64,000 bases of DNA from Felis catus (lineage: Eukaryota), in assembly GCF_018350175.1 (NCBI RefSeq), contig NC_058368.1:117802001-117866000 (forward strand). Direction: 5' to 3'. Below the pieces are notes generated by a model. The model was not told where the DNA came from, did not search any database, and saw nothing but the letters and a program-made list of their open reading frames with translations. This document shows, in pieces, positions 51,530-64,000 of the stretch. The position numbers were made by a program, and so were the translations under genes. Each line of letters begins with the position of its first letter. Positions within the stretch are counted from its first letter, which is position 1.

Positions 51530-53230
51530 TTTATTATGAAAAGTTTGTTATGAAAAGGTGGAAAGAATAGAAGTAGTAGAATGAACACCCAGCATCAAAA
51601 CTTTTTGATTGTGATAGAGTACATAGGACATAAAATTGGTAAAATTTGACCATTTCTTTTAATGTTTGTTTATTTTTGTGAGAGAGAGCATGAGCGGGAG
51701 AGGGGCAGAGAGAGAGGGAGACACAGAATCCGAAACAGGCTCCAGGCTCTGAGCTGTCAGCACAGAGCCTGACGTGGGGCTCATACCCACGAATGATGAG
51801 ATCATGACCTGAGCCCAAGTCAGATGCTTAACCGACTGAGCCACCCAGGCGCCCCTTAACCATTTTAAGTATACAGTTCAGTGGCATCAGGTACATTCCC
51901 AGTGTTGTGTAACCATCAGCACCCTCCACCCCCAGAGCATATTCTTCATCCCATACCGTAACCCAGTGTTCATTATACACTAACTCCCCATTTTCCCCTC
52001 CCCCCAGCCCTGGTAACCACCCTTCTAGGTTCTGTCATTATGAACTCAGATGTTCTATGTACCTTATATAAGTTTACCACCTAAATTACCAGTCATTAAT
52101 ACTTGGTTATATTTGCCAGATTTTTTTTTTTAACTGGTACATCTTAAAGTATATTAAGGGGTGCCTGGGTGGCTCAGTTGGTTAAGCGTCCAACTTCGGC
52201 TCAGGTCATGATCTTGCGGTTTGTGAGTTCGAGCCCCGCGTCCGGCTCTGTGCTGACAGCTCAGAGCCTGGAGCTTGCTTCGGATTCTGTGTCTCCTATC
52301 TCTGCCCCTCCCCCACTTGTGCTCTCTGTCAAAAATAAATAAACATAAAATAAAAAAAATTTTAAAGTATATTAAAAACATCATGACATTTCCCTAAATG
52401 TTTCCATATACATCTCTAAGAATTCAGAATATATTCCTAAATAACCTCAACACTGTATATCACAGCTATAAAATTTGCATTAATTCCTTAATATCATCTA
52501 ATACCAATCCATATTCAAATGTCCCTAGTTGTCCTAACAATATCTCTCACAGCTGGCTTATTCACAGCAGCACCACATACTGTATCTGTTTGTTAAGGCT
52601 TTTAAGACATTTTTATTCTAGAACTTTCCTTCTCACTTCTTCTCACCCTTATAACATGGGCTTGTTGAAGAAACCAGGCAGCTTGTCTGTAAACCCACCT
52701 TCTGGGCTGGTCTGATTGTTGACTTGTGTTGTTTCAAGTCGCTCCCCATCAGCTACATTTCCCATCAGTGGAGGTTAAACTTAGGAATTGATTAGATTCT
52801 CCTGTGGCCACACTGCACCCCTTTTATTGCCCCAAACCAAGGGGTTCATCTTGTCTGGTAGTCCCACTTTGGGTCCCTCTAATGCTTGGGGCAGAGCTTG
52901 ATCTGGGGGTAACAGGCTCCTACCTGATCCTGCCAGTGTCAAGTAACACTTTCCTTTTCTATGCTCTTGCAAGGGAACAATTCATGGGGTAGTATTTTGG
53001 TGCCATGTTGAATATCCAGTTCCCCTCAAACCAGTGCATCCACTGATGTTCCCTGCAAAGAGATGATTTTCTAATTTTTGTTCCTTCTACATTTATTATC
53101 TAGAATTTGTAAAGAGTTCTCCCTCCTTGCCTGGGACTGATTCCCTGAAACTCAGTTCCTCCTGGAAAGGTGGGATAATGCAAAATTCTGTGCTTTTCTT
53201 TACTCATTTCAGAGTGAGGAATTGAAATTG
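51530..53230 (-). mobile_element. Nested old L1 3' ends (L1MB-like ~51605-52075 within L1MC-like), with Can-SINEs at 51652-51855 (-) and 52158-52361 (+)
   Basis: atacagttcagtggcat...cccccagccctggtaaccac is an L1MB 3' end; SINE TSD ttaaagtatatta; outer limits approximate. Confidence 0.7.
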
Positions 53231-53899
53231 TTTCATCTTCAGGAGACTGAAGCATGAATGTGACTGATGGTTGGGGGTTTCTTTTCCTTTGTTTCCTGTG
53301 CTTTTTCTTGTGATCCCTCAAGATCACAAGATTTTCTTATTTCCTATTTTCTTCAGAAATAGGCCGGAAGCACCATGTGTGGGGCCGTGAGGTCTTCCTC
53401 AGCAGTGGAGCCCTCTACTTGGAATTTTTCTCATTCCAGGAGAGTTCCCTGGGTGAGGTGGAGGGAGGGGGAGCTGTGGAGAGAGCAGTAAGCCTTATTT
53501 CCAGATCCTGTGTTTGTTCCATTTTTGGAATGAGCTGGGAGGGCCTTTGGAGGGAAGAGTGTCATTATTTCTCATGAGTTCTTCCTCCTGGCTCTGTGCT
53601 TGGGGGAGATCATAGATTTCACCAGCCTCTTCCTGAATGTTTGAGTATTTCTACTACTTATTTTTGCCCTGCTCCATATGGTTAACAATGGGCTAAATGG
53701 TAAATGTCATTTACCTAATATTTATGGAGCATCGTCCGTGGGTTTCATCCTTGGGCTAACTCCAGAGGAGATGCCCCTTAAGAAACTCGCTGTTTAGTTT
53801 GGGAGGGGGAGAAGCGTTCACACATAGGAAGTGGAGTAGAGAACAGTGATAGCCCAAATAGACTTATAAACTCTAGTAGATTGTCTGGCCTGGTAGGAA

Positions 53900-54075
53900 T
53901 CATTTACTGACCACTTATTCTGTATTAGGTACTTGGCTTTAAAATCTCTGGAAAATAGATATTATCATTCTGTATTTCAGACAAGGAAATTAGAGCCCAG
54001 AGAGTTCACATGACTTAGCCAGGACTGCACAGCTCTTTAATCCAGGGGCTCAGCTCCGTGTGTCTCAAAGCTTGT
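53900..54075 (-). mobile_element. MIR
   Basis: tttcagacaaggaaattagagcccagagagtt..tgacttagcc. Confidence 0.7.
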
Positions 54076-54199
54076 ACTCCATTCACCACACCGTGGTGTT
54101 CTGTTACCAGTTGTTAAGAGACACAGGAATTTAGAGAAGATAGGAGACTGACTATAGTCATTATTCACAAGGTATTTGTTACTTTGGAATTTTTAATTC

Positions 54200-55030
54200 T
54201 TCCCCTTTACATATAATTGTCAATAATGTACTAGCAACGTATTAAATATATTATGGTGGTAACAAAAGTCTTCATAGGAAAAAATATGCCCATAATCTCT
54301 TTAACCACTTTAAAGTATTTTCAGTTTCAAAAATGTCTTCCTATCTAGTCTTTGCTTATGGGTGTTGGTAGTCCTACATACTGTTAATCACAAAGCACAT
54401 TTTTCATGTTTTCTTGCTTGGCTTTATGCATGTTATAAACACCTTTATGAAGTCTTTACACTTACAATTTTAAAGACTAGATAATATTCCATTGCGGAAA
54501 TAAGAAGAAAGCATAATTTAACTAATATCTTTGGGTTTCATCTGGGCAGTTTCTAATTTTTGTTATCTAAAAAAGCTTAAGTGAGATTTTCAGTGCCATT
54601 TTCTTTGTATCCTCTTGTGACTTCCTCCTTAGGAAAATTCCCAGCAGTTGCTTACCTCGTTCAAAGATTTGAACTTTTTTTTTTTTTTTTTTTTTTTTTG
54701 TGCATTTGACACAGTTTACTTAACAGCTCTCTGGAAGGTCCATACACCATTCATTGCTACCAATGGTGGAAGAGGTGGCAATTTTTCCAAACCTTGCCAG
54801 CATTGGGTGGTCTCTCGGCTTGTGTTTTACTCTCTGCTGACCTACAAGGCATAACATGGTTCTGTAGAGTTGTTAATGTCTATACCTTAGATTGTTGGGT
54901 AGCTTGAATATTTCTCCACCCTTTGTCTACTTTTTGTGCTTATTCTATATGAATTGTCTATTCTTAAGCTTTGCTTGTGACTTCTTGGAGTCTTTGTAAT
55001 AGTTTTATGTTTTATAGGAGATATTTTATA
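54200..55030 (-). mobile_element. Decayed L1ME-like fragment
   Basis: ataatattccattg...ccttaggaaaattcccagcag...aaaccttgccagcattgg. Confidence 0.6.
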
Positions 55031-55034
55031 TATA

Positions 55035-55630
55035 TGAGTCAGGACTTGACAGAAAATAGATGGCACACTCGGCTGGATCGTTCGCAGAGAGTTTAATACA
55101 AGGAATTTCTTAACGGTGCAGGCAGGGTTGGGGAACTCACAAGGATAGAGCAGCCCTCTGGCTGAGCATCAGCCTGCCCTGACCACTCTCATGACTCAAG
55201 AAGCAAAGAAGGAGGGGCACCTGGGCGGCTCAGTCAGTTGAGCATCCAACTTTGACTCAGTCCATGATCTCAGTTTGTGAGTTCAAGACCCGCCTCAGAT
55301 TCGCTGCTGTCAGCACAGAGCCTGCTTTGGATCCTTTGACCCCCTTCTCTCTTTCCCTCCCCCACTCATGTTCTCTCTCTCTCTCTCTCTCAAAAGTAAA
55401 TAAACATTAAAAAAAAAAAAAGGGCAAAGAAGGAGCAGGTACCAAGATCTGATAAGGGATGGTATATGGGGGAGCTCCCTGACAGGAGCAGTGGCTTTGA
55501 GGGAAGGGCCTGGCCAGCCCAAGATGACTCTTCAGGGAAGGGGTCAGGAGAAAAAATACTTCCCACCCACCACTCTATCCCTCCTCTCGCTTGCTGGGGC
55601 TCTGGGGTCAGATCACTGGCTCCCTTACAA
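55035..55630. mobile_element. Old LTR remnant (MaLR/ERVL-like) with a Can-SINE at 55214-55421 (+)
   Basis: TG...TACA ends, agaaaatagatggcacactc; SINE TSD gcaaagaagga. Confidence 0.55.
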
Positions 55631-55667
55631 CTGTGTTTCCCAAATGGTGAAGTGATTTTAGGAGATA

Positions 55668-56528
55668 GAGTAAAACCTTGGATTGCGAGTAACTTGTTCT
55701 GCGAGTGTTCTGCAAGATGAGCAAACATTTCTAATAAATTTTAACTTGATAAACGAGTGACGTCTTGCAATATGAGTAGTATGTGATGCTTAACATCCCA
55801 TGATCACAACTGAGCCAGTGGTTCTTCTGTCTCTCTGTCTCTCTCTCTCTCTGCAGGATTGTGGGTGATTGTCTCCTATGCTCAGATGTTTGGTCTCAGG
55901 CCGTGGCTTTTGGCAGAAATCAGTGATTTTTCAGAACGTTGGAAGGTGCCCACAATTGGCACTAGTGTATCCTTTCTTACTTCAGAGTACCTATGGACAG
56001 TCCTTTGCTTTTCCATACAAGAGGAAGCTTAGGAATGCTTCGCTTCATTCCAGGTCAGGCTGCCTGCAGATATAGACCCTTTCTTCTGCCTTATTGCCAG
56101 TTACATTACATACAGCATATGACGAGAGTTTATCGATACTGGACGGCGGTCAACATCCGTGAGAGCGAATACAGTGGTCCCCATGCAGAAAAAGCCTCTA
56201 CTGAGTCAATAGACAGCAGTGATTCCGTTAGTGATAGTGAAAGTTGTCCTACACAATAACCCTCCAATTTCGTCTCTGTCACACCAGCCACGAAAGTTTT
56301 CAAAGGTAAATGCAGTTTGATTTATTTTTCTTTATATTTTGTATTTTCTTTATTATTTTGTATTATACTACAGTATTGTTATCATTTTTATATGAATATT
56401 TTGGGGTTGTGGAATGAATCATCTGAGTTTCCGTTATTTCTTATGGGGAAATGCGCTTTGATACACAAGTGCTTTGGATTACAAGAAGTTTCCAGAACAA
56501 ATTATGCTTGCAAACCAAGGTTTTACTT
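55668..56528. mobile_element. Non-autonomous Tigger/pogo-like (Tc1-mariner) DNA transposon, about 860 bp
   Basis: TIRs AGTAAAACCTTGG(A/T)TTGC(G/A)AG..TAA(C/T)TTGTTCTG at both ends; TA at 55666-55667 and a TA-rich right flank. Confidence 0.88.
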
Positions 56529-56834
56529 ATATAGATAAAGGTTTTTTAAAGTTTAAAAGTCATGTATTAAAACACACACAGGTTAAATGTTTTTATCTTA
56601 TTTATGTAATAACATATTGGTAAAATCCATTATTTTATAGTGTTTGTTTTTAGTAAAGGCTAAACTATATATTTAAGTTTAAAAATGGACTTAATTTGGT
56701 GGAGTATGTGGGATAAAGGAGTACAGGTGGTGTGTGTGCAAGGCAAAGCTGACTGAAGTTTGGAGAAACCTGCTTGCCTACAGGGACTCCCCACAGCATC
56801 TGATCCTTTGATCTCTGATCTCTCCCTCTGTCTG

Positions 56835-56835
<1 letters not shown>

Positions 56836-56881
<46 letters not shown>
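56836..56881 (+). repeat. (CA)23 microsatellite
   Basis: direct reading. Confidence 0.97.
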
Positions 56882-56884
<3 letters not shown>

Positions 56885-58934
56885 ATCTGAAATAACTGTC
56901 CTGGGAGATCAAGGGTTCTTGATCACCAAGAATCTCTTGTCCCTCATGTCCCACGGTTACAGAGGGGTTGCAGAAATACGACAGAAGTTTGTTGTGAGGC
57001 CCCATCCCAGATTCCCCCTCACCTAACTAATGGGAGAGCCAGAAGGGGAGCCTTGCATCTGCTTAGGCTCATCAAGTAATGGAGCAAGTGCTGGTGGGCA
57101 GCCCCTGTGTCCCCATGCCTGGAAGCCGAACCCTGGGCTGAAGTGTGCTCCCACAGCAGGACCAGTGCGAAGGAAGAAAGGGGATCCCAGAGTCTGGGTT
57201 CACATTCTGGGCTGGGGGAAGGACATTAAGCACCACCTCCTTACTACAATGGCTCCACCTTCCTGGGGCATGGAGGGGCACCCTAATGGGGCTCTAGCTG
57301 GTGTTCATTAGCTAGACTCCTTCCCCTTCCCACCTGGGAAAGTTCATTAAAAGCCCTGCCTGCCCCCAGCCCTTCCCCTCCCCCTCAGAAGGGGTGTACT
57401 TCTGGCAGCCATTCAGTAGAACAGTGCATTTGGTGTTATCTCATCCTGTCCTCTGGGAGCGTCTGCTGTACGCCGAGGAGGCCCCAGGCATGTCCCTCTG
57501 TGCCTAGCATCTACAGGAGAAACCAGAAGACATTAGGCAAAAGATAGATTACATTATGATTTATTATGTATCTTACTATGTACTCAGAGAAGTGGTTTGC
57601 TAAAATCTCTTTGAGAAGTGACTGTTGCTTTTGGAAAAGTTTGAACAGTGATTTCAGGTTTGAAGTTTTGCAAACTTGAACTCTGGAAAGTGTTCCCCGT
57701 CCTCAGCCCTGTAGGTTGAAAGATGAAGCACCCCTGCTTGCCTGGGGTAGACCCAGTTTATGTCTGTTTGACCCTTTTTCATTTTAAAAAGCGTCCAGTT
57801 GGCTTGGACAATAAATTTAGGGCCCCCTGAACCACAGGTGTATATAACAGTCTCTAGAAAGAGCATCTAATTAGGGGTCTGAAAGAGCTTTCAGAAGTCT
57901 CTTAATTCATTCTCCTGCTGGAAAGCAATAAGCAGAGCTCCCCACCTTTCCCCCTGCCCCTCCAGGAAGATCCCCTTGCCTCCCTCACAGGTCCTGTGTC
58001 CAGCTATTTACAGGTGTTTCAATGGGAAGATGTTCTTCACCTTCCTCCCCTTCTCTCTGCTCAGAATTACCTGATAAGAGATCAGAAAATCCAGGATTCT
58101 TAAGGGAATGGCCTTTTGTTCAGACTGGGAGAAAGCCCTTGGGCTTGAAGACAAGCCCAGTAGGTAACTTGTTCCCTTGGTTTCCTTGTGAAAAAAGGAA
58201 TGGGATCTGGAGAACCTACAGAGAGAAGGAAGCCCACAGAAGTGGCAGAGCTGGGTGGTGACCACCCAGGGTCCAGATGACGTTTAACCATCTGAGCTTG
58301 ACTGGCACCTTACACACCACAAGGCCCGCTGGCTCATGCTGTGCCTGGACCCTGCCCGGGCTGTTTGGGGAGTCTCAGTCTAACTCTTGTCTTCTTTCTG
58401 CCTCATCCCCACCCTGTTGGTCAGCTGCTTCCTACTGAGCAGACAGGGGACCAGAATGGACATGTCCCTGGGTTGAGGGTTTACTTCTCTGTTTTGTTAG
58501 TTGGGGAACGATGGGCTTAATTTTACCTAATTATGGGACATTTGTTGTGTTCTTGCTGTGTGGCAGGCAGGTGTCCATGCTTGGTGCTGGAGGTACCGTG
58601 GCCCTGCATCCTGACCTGCCCCAAACGTGCAGTGGGTTTGTAGCATGGTGTTCTGTCTGATCTGAGGGCGCAGAGAAAGGAGCCATTGTTCTGCCTTGGC
58701 TGTGGGATCTGGTGGGGGAGGCTTCAGAAAGGAAGAGCATTTGAGCATAGTCTTAGAGGATGAGAAGGGCCTCTACATGGTGGGTGAAACAGGAAGGGCT
58801 TTCTAGGCCAAGGAAAATGCTTGAACAGATGTCAGAGTGTTTGAGGAATGGGCAGAATTGGGTGGGATAGAGAGCTGGTGGACTTTGTAGAGTCAGTGCA
58901 GAGGTGGGCAAAGAAAGCCTTCTAGAGTCTCATA

Positions 58935-59115
58935 GACTGGCTGTGTGGCTGTGGGCAAGTGAGTGCACTTCCCTCAGCCATAGTTTCTTTATCTGGAGAG
59001 TGGGAATAATATAACCCACTTCATAGGCTTGTTGTGAGAATTGAAGGGTATATTGAATATAAACCATTCACCACGGAGTCTGGCACATAAATGCTCACAT
59101 AATGTAAAGTATTGG
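58935..59115 (+). mobile_element. MIR
   Basis: ctgtgtggctgtgggcaagt...gggaataata...gttgtgagaatt...tggcacata. Confidence 0.8.
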
Positions 59116-60280
59116 CACTGCTCTACTACTAATAAAAGTGGATTGTTCTTTTCTAAAACATATGGCATGAATCGCTGGAGTGAGTCAGCAATGCTGCAAT
59201 CCCAAAGCAGGTCTGAACCTGTGATCTCATTTAGGAGGAAACTGTCTGGAACAGGATGCTAAGAGAAGAAAATTCACGTGGCTGCCTTGCTCAAGACTCT
59301 GTTGCCATCTTTCTCTGACAGTTGCATTGGGCCAGCAGTGTGGCTCTTGACATCGGCTAATGCATTGAATTACTTTTTATTTCGCAAATGTGTATTGTGA
59401 ACCTGCCATGCGTCAGGTCTTGGATCCAAAGTCTTAGTAAGAATAGTGGCTAATGGTGATGGGGAGGTAGAGAGTGGGGAGAAAACAAGTCAGTTCTTTC
59501 CAAAACTAACTTTATAAATTCACAAAAGTATTTGGAGGCCATAATTTAACTGCTTGTTGTTACCCTCTATTTGGAAACTTGGTAAGGTATGGGGGACGAT
59601 TTCTTTCTTTTTATCTCTTTCATTAGAGTGTGAGTGACTCAAGAGTAGCCACTGTAGGGACCAGGTCACATTTATCCATTTGGCCACTCAACAGATAGTT
59701 ATTGAGCACCTACTATGCACCTAGCACTGTTCTCCGAGCTAGCATTAGCTGTTTAAGTGGTCTTGGAGATCTGAAGAGCTCTTTCCTGATTATGATTACC
59801 TTCAAGTGATATTTTTTTGCGTTAGAAAGAACCAGCCTCGAATTTTCCTGCTCACAAAGACTTGGAAAGAGAAAGTAGAAAACCGTGGACCTGTATTGTC
59901 CTTGCTGAAATCAAATGCTCCTTAGGGCAGTGATGGGAAGGGATATCCCCTCACTACCCCATGCTGTTCCCTTAAGGACAGCCTCCTGGACTCTCCCATT
60001 CAGTGCGTCAGTGCAGGTGATGGGTTGGGGGTGGGGGGTTTCAAACTGTTTATGAAATGAGTAACTCCTTACTCCCCGCTGCTGCCACCTCCACACTTTA
60101 AAATTAGCCTCTGCAGAATGAAGCTTATCCCCTTGTATGTTATTGGAGGAAATGGCTGCCTCAGACAGGTTACGGAGACTAAAGAATGATAAAACTAATT
60201 GAACAGTAGCAGTCACCATCATTTTTGAGTACTTATAATGTTCCAGGCAAAGTAGCGCTTTTCATACATTATCTCATTTT

Positions 60281-60492
60281 TTTTTTTTTTACATTTATTT
60301 ATTTTTGAGACAGAGAGAGACAGAGCATGAACGGGGGAGGGGCAGAGAGAGAGGGAGACACAGAATCGGAAACAGGCTCCAGGCTCTGAGCCATCAGCCC
60401 AGAGCCTGACGCGGGGCTCGAACTCACGGACCTCGAGATCATGACCTGAGCTGAAGTCGGACGCTCAACCGACTGAGCCACCCAGGCGCCCC
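60281..60492 (-). mobile_element. Young Can-SINE inserted in a MIR (about 60220-60650)
   Basis: perfect 17-bp TSD catacattatctcattt. Confidence 0.96.
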
Positions 60493-62383
60493 CATACATT
60501 ATCTCATTTAATCCTCGCTACCACTCTGTCAAGTTCATACTATCTTCTGCATTTCTCAGACAAGGAAAATTAAAACCAAGGGAACCGGTGAGACCAGTCC
60601 ATGGTCACACAGCTGATAAATAGAAGAGCTAGGAGTTGACTCCTTTCTCTCAGGCTTCAAGTGCCTTCACCCATACACTGGTGGAGGGGTCGACTGGCTT
60701 TTCCCCTTGACCTCCATCCACCTCTTCCTTTTCCTGCCCCTCTTCTCTCCTTCCTTCCCTCTCCCCTCCCCTTCCTCCCTGTCTTTCTTAAAGATTCTTC
60801 ACTTAACCAAGCCAGGCTTAGAAAACCCTGATGAGCTATCATTGGGGCCATTTCTAGCAAGGGACTCCACCTTGGAGCTGCAATGGTTAACTCTGGCCTG
60901 GTCCTTCAGAGATGAATGACTTGGCCTTGGGAGGCGGCTATTAGTCCTCCTTTCTAATTAACAATCACCACCACTGGCTTTCATCCCCGTGCTAACTAGA
61001 AGAGTGTGTGTATGTGTGTTTGTGTGCACAGCTCTTTATCTCCATTTCCTGTTTCATATTTAATTCGACATTTTTTCCAGTTTGTGGATGTGGAACATGT
61101 GTAAGGTTGGGACATGGTCTGTTAGTAATCATTCCTGCATTTTGGGGTTGGCTTCCTCCCATTGAGCCCAACCAAAGGCTCTTGGATCCTAATCTTCTTG
61201 CCTCACATAAGTTACTTTGTCCTGATCACCTTGGTTTCTGAAGGAGCTGCCTTCTGAAGGGCAGTGGTTTTGCCTTGCGTGCTGCTTTCTAGCAGGTCTG
61301 GGATGGGTTTCGTGGAGCAGGGAGAGAGCAGGTAGCATGGACTGGTGATTTGATAAAGACTGAAGGCTCTGGGAAAGACCACCTCCCCATCATGGTTGTG
61401 ATCGGTTTGGGCTGAAATGCAGCTCCAGACCTTTGGTCTTTGTCAAGACTGGATGAGAGTCATGGTGGATGTTATATGTTCACTTTCTGCCATTTCTCTG
61501 AGTCCTTGGGGACCAAACCACATTGGACCAAACCAGCCCTCTGAGGCGGGGCTGCCTCTGTTTAGCAGCACCAGTTTGTAGACTTGCATCATGGAGTGTG
61601 GGAGTCCAAGCCACTGGAGAGGATGGGGGCAGTGGGGACTGGGGAAGCTCTGCCTCTTCATTGGTTCCTCCTGAGCCTAGCAGTGGGTCTCTGAGGCACA
61701 TGGAAATCCTTTTGGGCCCCCAGGAAATCCCAGGGACCCCTCCCCATCTCATAGCTGGCAGTTGGGGTTCAGAGCGGCTGTCAAGGGGCCTGCTGAATGC
61801 CCTCATCTTCCTAGTGGTAACATCTCTTATCCTGCTAACCTGAGCTTTGGCACTCTCCTGGTCGTCTCTGAGACACTGAGGGTTTTTTGTTGTTAGTAGC
61901 CTCTGATTGCTAAGGATTATCTCAGGTATAGAATGGAATCAAAGCACTTGTAGAAAGGGACCTAATAAGATGCTTACCAGTCTGCCTGATCTGGGAAGGA
62001 CAGAACCTGATCCTGACCTGATCCTTGGAACCTTAGAATATGCTTGTGGTAGGGGGGTTGGGGAGTCTTGGGACCTCTGAAGCTGCACAATTCTCCGTGT
62101 TTGGGCACATGCATTTTTCTAGGGCAAGGGTCCGAGGCCTTCTTGAGCTTCCCAAGGTATCAGGATTTTTCAAAAAAGTTAATCACTGATCTAATCCCTT
62201 CCTCATTTCACTGAAGAGTGCTGTAGAAAAAGTTCCAGTAGAATATGGTGGGGGGAGTAAGGTTCAGAGGGTGCAGAGGGGCTTTGCTAAAAACACTTCT
62301 AGATCTCATACTTGAGTGTAAATTTTGATGATAGGTGGGGAGACACTCTTAGAAGAGTAGATGTGGTAGAAATAAAATAGGTT

Positions 62384-62551
62384 GGGGTGCCAGGATGGCT
62401 CAGTCGGTTGAGTGTCCAATTCTTGATTTTGGCTCAGGTCATGATTTCATGGTTCGTGGGTTCGAGCCCCATGTCGGGCTCTATGGAGCCTGCTTGGAAT
62501 TCTCTCTCTGCACCTCCCCCCCGCCCCCCCCAATAAATAAGCTTAAAAAAA
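62384..62551 (+). mobile_element. Can-SINE (internally shortened)
   Basis: ggggtgccaggatggctcagtcggttgag; TSD aaaatag(g/t)tt. Confidence 0.88.
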
Positions 62552-63259
62552 TAGTTTGTATTTCTTTGCAGACAGAAGTAATCCATTTTTATTATTCACT
62601 CTTTGCTTTGAGGATGTACAGGGAGTAGTCTTAAGTATAAAGAATTATAACCGGCCCAGACTCCCTGACTTTGAATAATCCATTATAAAAGTACAGTTCC
62701 TTTTATCATAATGTTCTTATCTTCTGTTTGTTTCTGAGCTGAACAGAAATGCCCTAAGCTACACCCCAGCTGTAGAGTTTCTAGACCAAAGGCTACTGTT
62801 TTCTTCCTGCAGGAACCCTGGGGTGTTTGGGGGTTAAAAGGCCTGGCCCAGCCATGTGTGTTTAAAAAACAAGGCTGATTCCGCAGCCGGCGGCTCCAGC
62901 CTGACTCCATCCTGCTGTTAATGGAGGACAGAGGACCACTTATAGCTTCCTCTTCACCCCATAACAAATAATACGGTGCTCCCCCAGGCCTTCCTGCGCC
63001 CCCACCCCCCCACTGCCCTCACAGTGGCGGCAGCAGCAGGCTTAGTCCCAGCCTGGTTTCTCTGCAGGTCCTGTGGTCAGCCCCCACCAAGTGTCTGAGG
63101 CCCAGCTCCTCTCCGTGAGAAGGCTCTAACAAGCCACATTAATAGAGTGGCAGGCAGATCACCTTGCCTCTGTCTTCTTGGCCACTCCAGAGCCTCCAGG
63201 GCAGGGTGGAGGCATTTGTTCTGCAAACAAAGCTTGGTCCACTTTTGAGCACAATCTTC

Positions 63260-63752
63260 TAAGACGCCTCCTCTGGGAAGGCCTCCCTGACTGCTCTAGC
63301 CCAGTTGGTTGCATCTTTGTTACATTCATTTAACACATATTTGTCATGTGGCCTTTATCACAACCTGTGCATACATGATTAAGCATATAATATTAAATAA
63401 TAATAAGTAATTCCCATTTACTGCAAATCACTATGCATTCAGCTTGGCAGTAAGCATCTTAAATGAAATGTTTTATTGATTGAACACAAGAGTCCTGTGA
63501 AGTTGGTACCTTTGGTATCCCATTTTATAGACCTGGATATTGAGGCGTTTCTTGATTTCCTTTTCTTAGCTTTTATCACTCTCTGTGGTCACATTATGTA
63601 TTTATTAGTAACTTGTTTTATATCTGGCTCCCTTATTATACCGCAAGCTCCATGAGGGCAGGGGTTTCCCTTCTGAAGTGCTGGAGGCCTGGACTGAGCA
63701 GTACCTCGTACCCAGGAGGTACTCAGTAGATGCTTGTTTGAAGGTTGAATGA
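63260..63752 (+). mobile_element. L2 3'-end fragments with an intervening MIR piece
   Basis: ctcctctgggaaggcctccctga...aagctccatgagggcaggg...ggtactcagtagatgcttgtttgaaggttgaatga. Confidence 0.7.
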
Positions 63753-64000
63753 GACACAGGAGGCTGTCACTTGTCCATGGCCTCACAGCTGGTCAGCAGT
63801 GAAGCTGGAATTTGAACTTGGGTCCATGAGTGCTTCTTAAATGTGTGAGTTCTTTTCCTCAGTGAGACCCTTCAACTCCTTGGGGTAGAACCCAGTCTTC
63901 CCTGAAAAGGTACACAGGCTTTAGAGTGGAATCCACCTAGGTCCAAACACCGGTTCTGCCATTCACTTGAGTGACACTTGGAAAGCTGCCTGTCATTTCT

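Noticed and set aside
33700..64000. A second protein-coding gene or processed pseudogene downstream of NDFIP1
   Set aside because: I recognised no chain of in-frame exons or known protein sequence on either strand.

Overview
This is mammalian (felid) genomic DNA, not microbial. The felid assignment rests on about 40 tRNA-derived Can-SINEs of the feline SINEC_Fc type, alongside L1, L2, MIR, MaLR/MLT-like LTR and hAT/Tigger DNA-transposon remnants. The only protein-coding gene I can support is NDFIP1 (Nedd4 family-interacting protein 1) on the + strand. Coding exons 2-7 (7270-7357, 12370-12500, 16911-16998, 18136-18260, 20196-20262, 23161-23264) splice in frame through GT-AG sites into the three PY motifs, the three-TM region and the ...RTRVLFIY* C-terminus. 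Exon 1 lies upstream of the window. The stop codon is 2 nt before a 7.5-kb 3'-UTR intron, and the terminal exon starts at 30798 with poly(A) signals at 31942 and 33602. From about 33.7 kb onward the window is intergenic. Nearly all ORFs in the supplied track are SINE/L1 or random artefacts. I found no novel multi-gene system. The best leads are: a 37-codon downstream ORF whose ATG is the first codon of the last exon (TAA-AG|ATG); young inverted SINEs bracketing exons 3-4, whose back-spliced 219-nt circle would be a stop-free ORF carrying two PY motifs; an open phase-1/phase-1 exon-like segment past the poly(A) site; a CpG-rich Tigger-like element nested in a hAT element; a CpG-rich XRE/MRE/ARE motif cluster near 48 kb; a perfect (CTTT)36 in the 3' UTR; and a solo poly(A) retro-insertion next to exon 3. 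Repeat family names and boundaries are by eye and approximate.
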